Source of the DNA: a virus
Lineage: Duplodnaviria; Heunggongvirae; Uroviricota; Caudoviricetes
Direction: 5' to 3' (one strand)
IMG/VR virus record: IMGVR_UViG_2886837984_000001
Location: 1 to 64,000 of that record
DNA length: 64,000 bases
Part shown: piece after piece, positions 57,629 to 64,000 of the stretch
How the letters are laid out: each line of letters opens with the position of its first letter
How positions within the stretch are numbered: position 1 is the first letter of the stretch
Translations under genes and position numbers: made by a program
Notes under the pieces: model-generated
Database searches by the model: none
What the model was told of the DNA's origin: nothing
Seen by the model: the letters and a program-made list of their open reading frames with translations, nothing else

Positions 57629-57799
57629 ATGGGGAGAAGAGTTTTGATTATTAAGACTGAGACGACTAAAAACGACCCCCTGGTCAAAAGGTTGATTGGA
57701 ACGATATGGCCTTCTTTTAAACTTAAAGGTGCAGATGTTGTTATTCCAACATGTGGTGGAATCGTCATTAAAGACGGCGAGTATGAGTTTGTAAAATAA
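57629..57799 (+). CDS. Hypothetical small protein, 56 aa.
   Basis: RBS TATAGGAGGTGAATTC. It is not in the ORF track. Confidence 0.45.
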   Translation: MGRRVLIIKTETTKNDPLVKRLIGTIWPSFKLKGADVVIPTCGGIVIKDGEYEFVK

Positions 57800-57825
57800 A
57801 AAGTGACATTTATAGGGGTGATAAA

Positions 57826-58074
57826 GTGAGAGTGGTTGATTATTTGATTGAGTTGTCACCGCAGTTAAAACGGAAGACACGGCTCGATATTTATCCGTTG
57901 TCTCTTGAAATTATTAATATCCGAGTAAAACGAAACATGTCGCAAGAAGAATTGGCAGATGATCTTGGTATTGAAGTGTCCGCTTTAGCAAAGTATGAAT
58001 TCGCTGATGAACAATATGGTATAGATGAGTATAAGATGTTTCTAGAAAGACTTAAATTATCCGAGAAAAAGTGA
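57826..58074 (+). CDS. XRE-family HTH DNA-binding protein.
   Basis: GTG start with ATAGGGGTGATAAA upstream. The HTH is MSQEELADDLGIEVSALAKYE. Confidence 0.5.
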   Translation: MRVVDYLIELSPQLKRKTRLDIYPLSLEIINIRVKRNMSQEELADDLGIEVSALAKYEFADEQYGIDEYKMFLERLKLSEKK

Positions 58075-58097
58075 CTTTATAGGAGGTGGCAAAGTAA

Positions 58098-58274
58098 GTG
58101 AAACAAACATCGCGAGTACAATGCCCGAAGTGCCAGAAGTTTCAAGAAGATATGATTTATGATCTAGTAGAAGCCGGAGAGATGGAGGGTAGTTTTGAAA
58201 TGGAATGTGAACATTGCGAAACTGTCTTTTTGGTAAAATATACGTTTAAGCCATATGTAGAAACAATTCAATAA
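58098..58274 (+). CDS. Small zinc-ribbon protein, 58 aa.
   Basis: RBS TAGGAGGTGGCAAAG with a GTG start. CPKC...CEHC. Confidence 0.4.
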   Translation: MKQTSRVQCPKCQKFQEDMIYDLVEAGEMEGSFEMECEHCETVFLVKYTFKPYVETIQ

Positions 58275-58288
58275 AAGGAGCGGTTCCT

Positions 58289-58471
58289 ATGACTGATAGA
58301 AAGACGGAATTATTAGTTGCCTGTATGCAGTTGCTAGAGAAACAAGATAATTCCTTCATTGTCCTCGACCTACTAACCGAAACAGTGCGCTACGACGGCG
58401 CTGACTGCGATGGATATTGTCTTTTAGAGGACATCAAGGCAGAATTAAACCTCGATCAAACAAATATTTGA
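58289..58471 (+). CDS. Hypothetical small protein.
   Basis: RBS AAAAGGAGCGG. Confidence 0.5.
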   Translation: MTDRKTELLVACMQLLEKQDNSFIVLDLLTETVRYDGADCDGYCLLEDIKAELNLDQTNI

Positions 58472-58506
58472 CCGAGAAAAAGTAAATTTTATTAGGGAGA
58501 TATTCT

Positions 58507-59013
58507 ATGGCTAGAGCGATAGATGTGGCAATGTTTCTGGTCTATTTAAGAGACGTAGATGCGATAAAGCGCGGGGATTATAACACTTTAAGCAACCTTA
58601 AACTGCAAAAACTCTTGTACTACTGTCACGGAGGACATTATCGTTGGGATAACGAGCGACTGATAAGCGACAATGTCTTCGAAGCGTGGGAATATGGGCC
58701 GGTAATTCGAACGATTTACTATAAGTTGCGACACACTTGTCAAAACGATTTGCCCAATTTAAAGCAACTCAAATGTCGCGACAAATATAGAAATTGGGAG
58801 CACTATGAGAAAAGTCTGAGTGTCGACGAACGTGAAACCATCAAAGTTGTTTGGGGTCAACTAAAGAATCAACCAACCTTTGACCTGGTTAGCCAAACTC
58901 AATCTGAACCGCCGTGGAAAAAAGCAAGAGATTCAGGAATCCTCTTTTTGTCTGATCAAGACATCAGAAATCATTTCAGGGAGGATATCACGGTCGAACC
59001 AATAAAAGTTTGA
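58507..59013 (+). CDS. Panacea-domain protein, DUF4065 or SocA/PanA-like.
   Basis: LKLQKLLYYCHGGHY...FEAWEYGPVIRTIYYKL. RBS TTAGGGAGATATTC. Confidence 0.6.
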   Translation: MARAIDVAMFLVYLRDVDAIKRGDYNTLSNLKLQKLLYYCHGGHYRWDNERLISDNVFEAWEYGPVIRTIYYKLRHTCQNDLPNLKQLKCRDKYRNWEHYEKSLSVDERETIKVVWGQLKNQPTFDLVSQTQSEPPWKKARDSGILFLSDQDIRNHFREDITVEPIKV

Positions 59014-59077
59014 TTTGATTAGGATTAATGGCCGATTTTCGACCTACATACCAAATAAGAAGAAGAGGGTGTCAACA

Positions 59078-59536
59078 ATGGGCAATTATACTGGCCTTCG
59101 GGTAAAAGTGACGGTAAAAGAAGAGTACCGAAATATGATTAAAGAGATTAACCAGGATGGCTCTTGGTTTGATTTTGTAGATAAATATCCGTTCTTGAAT
59201 GAATACGCACGACTTTATAGAGCAGAATTTATCCCGAGAGGAGCGATCGCAGCGTACCTCCCGGATGATTGGGAAGAGCCGATTACAGGATTTGGCGCAA
59301 GCAAATATCCTATGTATAAAGCGACCGACGGTTTTGAACGCCATATAGATTTAAATACTGGCCTATGGTCGTTCCAGTGTAGTTTAAAGAACGAAAACAA
59401 TGAAATCGAAAAGTTCTTCGAAGACGTTTTGTGCAAGATTATTGAGTCATCTGATCACATCGAATATCTGTACGAAGCGTGGAAAGAAAGTGTGATGTAT
59501 GAGTTTTTGGACGGAAAAATTATAAAACGAGGTTGA
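59078..59536 (+). CDS. Hypothetical protein. It is a possible partner of the upstream Panacea-domain gene.
   Basis: ATG at 59078 with AGAAGAGGGTG upstream. 152 aa with no recognised motif. Confidence 0.5.
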   Translation: MGNYTGLRVKVTVKEEYRNMIKEINQDGSWFDFVDKYPFLNEYARLYRAEFIPRGAIAAYLPDDWEEPITGFGASKYPMYKATDGFERHIDLNTGLWSFQCSLKNENNEIEKFFEDVLCKIIESSDHIEYLYEAWKESVMYEFLDGKIIKRG

Positions 59537-59576
59537 ATCCGAGGAAAGTAAATTTTTATAAGGGAGATGATTTTGA

Positions 59577-59909
59577 GTGAATTTTGAACTGATTGAAACG
59601 CTGCCAACGGCGAGAATTTACAAGTTTGACGAACTTTTGTGTTCGAGTGTTACAGGTAAAGAACTAGACAATCCAACAAACTACGTACTCGTATCGGACG
59701 CTAAAACACATATAGAACGACTTGTATTTCCTGTCTATTTGCAAGATGGGTTTTCTGAAGACGACATCCTGAACAAAACTCCTAACGCTTTACGCGTAGA
59801 CTATTTTCAGATCGCAGGAAAGATGACGTTGATGATCGAAGGCGGAGACCCTGGTAGCATCCTGCCAGACGAAGATTATCTTAATCAACTAGTATTCGCG
59901 AACAGATAA
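59577..59909 (+). CDS. Hypothetical protein.
   Basis: GTG start with AGGGAGATGATTTTGA upstream. Confidence 0.45.
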   Translation: MNFELIETLPTARIYKFDELLCSSVTGKELDNPTNYVLVSDAKTHIERLVFPVYLQDGFSEDDILNKTPNALRVDYFQIAGKMTLMIEGGDPGSILPDEDYLNQLVFANR

Positions 59910-59939
59910 TAAAAGTTTAGATTTATAGGAGGAATGAAG

Positions 59940-60245
59940 ATGAGTTATATTAGAGAAAAGTTTGGTGTCAATCTTAAGCAACAGATTAAAAATTACTTAA
60001 CCGAAGAAGGCTTTAAGCCATATAACGAAGTCAATCAAAATGACATGGAATTCTTTGCTCAGAGCGAGCAATACGACGTCAAAATCGAAGTGGATTTGGA
60101 TGATCAGGAAATTGAGTTTTATGTCGACTACCGTTATGGCGGAGGTACGGTGGTGGATGCGTCTATATTCTACAACAGAGATTTTGATGACTTTGAAGAA
60201 AAATATAAAAATATTGTAGATCAAGCATCATTTTGGATGGAATAA
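59940..60245 (+). CDS. Hypothetical acidic protein.
   Basis: RBS ATAGGAGGAATG. The second ATG is used as the start. Confidence 0.55.
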   Translation: MSYIREKFGVNLKQQIKNYLTEEGFKPYNEVNQNDMEFFAQSEQYDVKIEVDLDDQEIEFYVDYRYGGGTVVDASIFYNRDFDDFEEKYKNIVDQASFWME

Positions 60246-60279
60246 AATTTAGATTTGATTAGAGAGAGGAGAAATCTTT

Positions 60280-60654
60280 ATGGGGGTTGCAATATTTTTA
60301 GTCGCTTTATCTCTATTTTTGTTTTTGTCTTTCGACTTCATATTTTGCGATTTCGAGTTGACGGGAAGTTTAATCGGAAAGACTTTCTGGTCGTTTAAAG
60401 GAATTTTTATAGAATATTCTACATACGAGGTGTCGAAGGCCGAATATATGCCGAGCATTTACGGCGGGTATTATCGAGTGGTTGTGGAGGAGGACGGGGT
60501 AAAAATTCCAATCGATTGTCCTGACAGCGTAGCTAGAAAGCTATGCGACATCATGGCTCTTAACAGTAAGGGTTCGAGAATCTCAGTAAAAGCGAAAATC
60601 GACCATAAGAGATTGAAGATGGTTTCTTTGAAGGGGTATATGGTCAAACAATAG
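60280..60654 (+). CDS. Hypothetical membrane protein.
   Basis: RBS GAGAGGAGAAATC. N-terminal TM helix. Confidence 0.55.
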   Translation: MGVAIFLVALSLFLFLSFDFIFCDFELTGSLIGKTFWSFKGIFIEYSTYEVSKAEYMPSIYGGYYRVVVEEDGVKIPIDCPDSVARKLCDIMALNSKGSRISVKAKIDHKRLKMVSLKGYMVKQ

Positions 60655-60668
60655 GAGGATTGATACAT

Positions 60669-60875
60669 ATGAACACATTTAAGTTTACGCTAAAGCCTAC
60701 ATTGAAGTTTAAAGCAATCGAAAAGATTGAAGACATTTCTGCTGCTATCGAACACGGAGAATGCTTCTATGACGATGACGCTATGGAAGAAGTTGAAGAC
60801 CAAATTTCTGACCTCCTAAAACTAATGAAAAAAGTACGAGAAGAAAATCGCCTAATGGACGAAGAGGAGGATTGA
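60669..60875 (+). CDS. Hypothetical small protein.
   Basis: RBS ATAGGAGGATTGATACAT. The same 19-nt context precedes the next gene. Confidence 0.5.
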   Translation: MNTFKFTLKPTLKFKAIEKIEDISAAIEHGECFYDDDAMEEVEDQISDLLKLMKKVREENRLMDEEED

Positions 60876-60880
60876 TACAT

Positions 60881-61864
60881 ATGGAATACTTTACAGCAGA
60901 CCTACATTTCTGCCATAAGAACATCCCAAAGTTCGAATCAACACGTACTCAGTTTATCGATAACATCGAACTGATGAACGAGACGATTATCGAAAACTGG
61001 AACGCTGTCGTGACAAACGAAGATGTCGTCAACATTATCGGAGACGTTGGTATCGGAGCTCAAGCAAAAATCGTTGAGTGTGTTAAGCAGCTAAACGGAA
61101 ATCTTCGATTATGGCCGGGCAATCATGATCACGGTAATTTACTCAAGAAGCTCGAAAGCGAAGCTGGCGTCGAAGTAATGCCTTACATGACGAAGATCAA
61201 GACTCACGGCGTTGTGGTGTTCGTGACACATTATCCGATGGACATCGGGGAGCGTCCAAACTTGTTTAACATTCACGGCCACATTCATAGTGAGCCAAGC
61301 CGTCTACGCAATCAGATTAACGTGGGAGTCGATCAGGATTGGGGTTTGCCATTCGGACAACCGATTCCGAAAGAGATGGTTGAGGAGCGGATCTTGAAGG
61401 TGTCTGAGGTGTTGTGTCGTGAACGAGAATTATCGGTAAAAGAGTCTGAGCAACCTTCTAAAGTGTTTGTAGATTGGTTTGAAAAACGCAAAGATTTAAG
61501 CGAAAAATTCTTAGACACTCCGATTCTGTCTCGCAAAGAAAGGATCGTTCGAATCTTATGGCTTTGGTACGACTATCATACAGAAAAGTTCGATCAAACG
61601 CTTCTCCATGATACATTCGGCAGATTTGGGGAGTCGAGAGTAATTGGACACGTTGATCAAATGAAGTCTAACGGGTACGCGCTTGATAAGCATCGTCGAA
61701 TGATGAAAACTGCGTACTTGTATGGTGTAACCGAGGAGCAAATGTTCAAGGGGAAAATGTCGAGCTATCGAGCGGTTCACGTAGATGAAATGTTCGAGCA
61801 GTATGAAAATATGGTTAAACGCGAATCAGAGTTGTTTGAAGATATGAAGTCAAGAGGGTTATAA
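60881..61864 (+). CDS. Calcineurin-like metallophosphoesterase.
   Basis: ADLHFCH, IGDVGIG, WPGNHDH, VTHYP and NIHGHIH motifs. RBS GAGGAGGATTGATACAT. Confidence 0.7.
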   Translation: MEYFTADLHFCHKNIPKFESTRTQFIDNIELMNETIIENWNAVVTNEDVVNIIGDVGIGAQAKIVECVKQLNGNLRLWPGNHDHGNLLKKLESEAGVEVMPYMTKIKTHGVVVFVTHYPMDIGERPNLFNIHGHIHSEPSRLRNQINVGVDQDWGLPFGQPIPKEMVEERILKVSEVLCRERELSVKESEQPSKVFVDWFEKRKDLSEKFLDTPILSRKERIVRILWLWYDYHTEKFDQTLLHDTFGRFGESRVIGHVDQMKSNGYALDKHRRMMKTAYLYGVTEEQMFKGKMSSYRAVHVDEMFEQYENMVKRESELFEDMKSRGL

Positions 61865-61973
61865 AACTTTCATTTGATTACTTAATCAATTACAAAAGTA
61901 TTTTAATAGATATATACACACTCTCCCTTTGATGATATAATTAAGTCAAATATTAACAAGGGAGAGTTTTTAT

Positions 61974-62516
61974 ATGAAAAAAATGCTAGTTATTCTAGGT
62001 ATTTTGATTATTGTTGGGGCAGGGATTGGTTATACAATGATTTCTGGCTCTGCGAGCTCCGAAATACCAGCGGATCGATATGGTAAGTTTGAGACATTTG
62101 AGGCTGATGACCGCGAACTGATAGAGTATGTGATCGAGTATAATAAATTCAACGAAGAATTAAAGACTCTAGATTTAACATATGCTTTCATTTTAGGTTC
62201 TGACGACAAACTGAATCAATACGAACTAGCAATGTCTTACGTCGAGCTCTACACAGAACTCCAGGGAAAGATCTATATCTTCAACAAAAATAACAAGGTT
62301 CCATCTGAATATAAGACCCTACACGAATCATTGATCAAAGAAATCGGAATCGCAGATTTGATCACAGAAGAGTACGAAGATGCGATCGAGAACGAAGATT
62401 TCTCTAAACTAGAAGAATTAATGAAAATCTCTAGCGATGCTCGTAAAGATGGGTTGGCGTCGACAGATCGTATAGAATATTTTGAAGATGTGAATGAATT
62501 CATCCTTAAAAACTGA
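61974..62516 (+). CDS. Hypothetical membrane-anchored protein.
   Basis: RBS CAAGGGAGAG. N-terminal TM helix. Confidence 0.55.
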   Translation: MKKMLVILGILIIVGAGIGYTMISGSASSEIPADRYGKFETFEADDRELIEYVIEYNKFNEELKTLDLTYAFILGSDDKLNQYELAMSYVELYTELQGKIYIFNKNNKVPSEYKTLHESLIKEIGIADLITEEYEDAIENEDFSKLEELMKISSDARKDGLASTDRIEYFEDVNEFILKN

Positions 62517-62542
62517 GACCTAAATGGTCTCTTTTTTGTCAC
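62512..62542 (+). terminator. Rho-independent terminator.
   Basis: GAGACC taaat GGTCTC followed by TTTTTTGT. Confidence 0.6.
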
Positions 62543-62628
62543 AAGAATGAATTAAAAAAGTATTGTTGCTTATTATCATGTGTGCTACAATAAGGTTGTG
62601 CAATAAAATATCTATTTTGGGAGGGATT

Positions 62629-62784
62629 ATGATGACAAAAGTGGTCTGTTTGACGGAATTTAGAGGCAGAAAGTTGGCCAGAGACCATAAAGAGCGTGAG
62701 TATCTGACAAATCTGACGCGAGAAGTCTTACATATGATTCAAAAAGAGATGCCAAAGCGAGACAATCCGACCGCAAGTGTTTGA
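62629..62784 (+). CDS. Hypothetical small protein, 51 aa.
   Basis: RBS TTGGGAGGGATT. Confidence 0.45.
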   Translation: MMTKVVCLTEFRGRKLARDHKEREYLTNLTREVLHMIQKEMPKRDNPTASV

Positions 62785-62826
62785 TTGAAACGCCGTCTAA
62801 ATAAAAAAGTATAGGAGATGTTTTAT

Positions 62827-64000
62827 TTGTTTGAAGCGATCGATAGAATCATCAACCAAGCTGACAAAGACGTAACGAACGAGAATGCGAACGTGAGCGG
62901 ATCAGAACCACAGGGGATCATGGCGATCATGGCAGGGAGCGTCGGGCAAGAGTATGCGCTCGAGAAGCTTGTCGATAAAGACGTGGCTGAATTACATCGT
63001 ATGGGATATCTACATATTCATGACCTTGATTACTATCCGACAGGAACGACGACATGTCTTCAGATTCCTGTCGGTAAATTATTGAAGGACGGATTTTCGG
63101 TGAAGGACAGCTTCATGCGAGAGCCAGGGAACATCACATCGGCCTTTGCGTTGGTTGCGGTTATCTTCCAGATCCACCAAAACATGCAGCATGGCGGGCA
63201 AGCTATGAGCGCATTAGACGTAGATTTAGCACCGTATGTCACAAAGACGTTCGACAAACATTATAAGTGGTTCGTTGATGCAGGTTTATATAAACACGAA
63301 GCACTTAGCTTGGCTAAAGCAAAGACGATCGACGAAACTTATCAGGCTGCCGAAGCATTTGTTCATAATATGAACTCAATGACATCTCGAGGCGGAGGGC
63401 AAACGGTGTTTAGTTCTATTAACTTTGGCTTGGGAACTAAAGATGAAGAAAGAGCGATTTCCTTCGCCTTGTTACGTGCGATGAAGAATGGTTTAGGAAA
63501 AGGCGAACAACCAATCTTTCCAATCATGATTTTCCAGCTTAAAAAAGGTGTGAATATGTATAAGGGAGACCCAAACTATGATTTGTTCGAAGAGTCGTTG
63601 TCGGTGACGGCAGAACGTTTCTTCCCGAACTACGTGTTCCTGGATGCGAGTTTCAATGGCCGTCATTACGACGCAGATAGACCCGAGACATGGGCTGCAT
63701 CGATGGGCTGTGTGGATGGAAGTTCGGAGATTGTTACAGACAAAGGAAGAGTGAGCATCGAAACGCTATTTAATGTTTTAGAAGTAACCGAGGGCGCTAA
63801 ATGGCAAGCTCAATCTTGTTATATCGAACCAAAAGATCAACTCGTCTTCGATTCTATTGCAGGACGCTTCGTGAAGGTCTTGAAGGTTATTAAGAACCCC
63901 GATCAAGCAAACTGGTTCAAACTAACTTTCTCAAACGGAATTAGCATCTATGCTACCGAAGATCATCCTTTCGACATCGTTGGCAAAGGCAGAACTTTTG
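62827..64000 (+). CDS. nrdD: Anaerobic ribonucleoside-triphosphate reductase NrdD, class III. It is 3' partial and interrupted by an intein starting at about 63718.
   Basis: TTG start 9 nt after AGGAG. It aligns to T4 NrdD at NENAN, HIHD/HVHD, HGG/YGG and KGDPNYD. After ...AASMG comes CVDGSSEIVTDKGRVSIETLF, an intein block A. ...ATEDHPF is block B. The window ends inside the intein. Confidence 0.75.
   Translation, partial: MFEAIDRIINQADKDVTNENANVSGSEPQGIMAIMAGSVGQEYALEKLVDKDVAELHRMGYLHIHDLDYYPTGTTTCLQIPVGKLLKDGFSVKDSFMREPGNITSAFALVAVIFQIHQNMQHGGQAMSALDVDLAPYVTKTFDKHYKWFVDAGLYKHEALSLAKAKTIDETYQAAEAFVHNMNSMTSRGGGQTVFSSINFGLGTKDEERAISFALLRAMKNGLGKGEQPIFPIMIFQLKKGVNMYKGDPNYDLFEESLSVTAERFFPNYVFLDASFNGRHYDADRPETWAASMGCVDGSSEIVTDKGRVSIETLFNVLEVTEGAKWQAQSCYIEPKDQLVFDSIAGRFVKVLKVIKNPDQANWFKLTFSNGISIYATEDHPFDIVGKGRTF

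Overview
The window reads as a contiguous piece of a large double-stranded DNA phage genome, with a Firmicutes or Bacillus-like style of ribosome-binding sites and promoters. It is densely coded and shows no bacterial housekeeping context. All positions are window coordinates.

**1. Late/structural block, 1 to about 6083, minus strand.**
- A partial portal-like gene lies at the window edge.
- The terminase large subunit gene is interrupted twice by group I-like introns.
- The introns flank a 78-nt micro-exon that carries the Walker A lysine.
- The second intron carries a double-motif LAGLIDADG homing endonuclease.
- Upstream are a Cys4 protein, a metallophosphoesterase and small ORFs.

**2. 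Non-coding regulatory hub, about 6090 to 8100, 2 kb.**
- It contains two periodic arrays of inverted-repeat operators.
- It also contains terminator-like hairpins and one small coiled-coil ORF.

**3. Minus-strand genes, 8100 to 13836.**
- PIN-PhoH (PhoH2).
- An HU/TF1-like DNA-binding protein.
- A sigma-70 region-4-like regulator.
- A RecD-like SF1 helicase.

**4. Recombinase and strand-switch region, 13969 to 16960.**
- A plus-strand tyrosine recombinase.
- A large hypothetical minus-strand gene.
- An AT-rich strand-switch region with duplicated 70-bp palindromes, a candidate origin or recombination site.

**5. Plus-strand block, 16962 to 21595.**
- A P-loop kinase.
- An SPFH protein and membrane peptides.
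- A terminator.
- A strand-biased purine-rich degenerate repeat tract with a G4-like motif, 21596 to 22030.

**6. Minus-strand block of about 25 small acidic ORFs, 22288 to 33816.**
- This looks like an early or host-takeover module.
- Two promoter classes recur here. One embeds a 15-bp palindrome.

**7. Plus-strand replication and nucleotide-metabolism block, 34144 to the window end.**
- ParB-like protein, SSB-like protein, AAA_24 ATPase, DnaB-like helicase, TOPRIM primase, RecJ-like exonuclease, dCMP deaminase.
- Many small ORFs.
- NADAR, DEDDh exonuclease, HIT and SLOG-like proteins.
- A Panacea-domain protein, a metallophosphoesterase, and a 5' partial nrdD that enters an intein.
- A plus-strand promoter-like motif (AAATCAAAAAGTAT) recurs about 16 times.

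No rRNA, tRNA or CRISPR could be supported.
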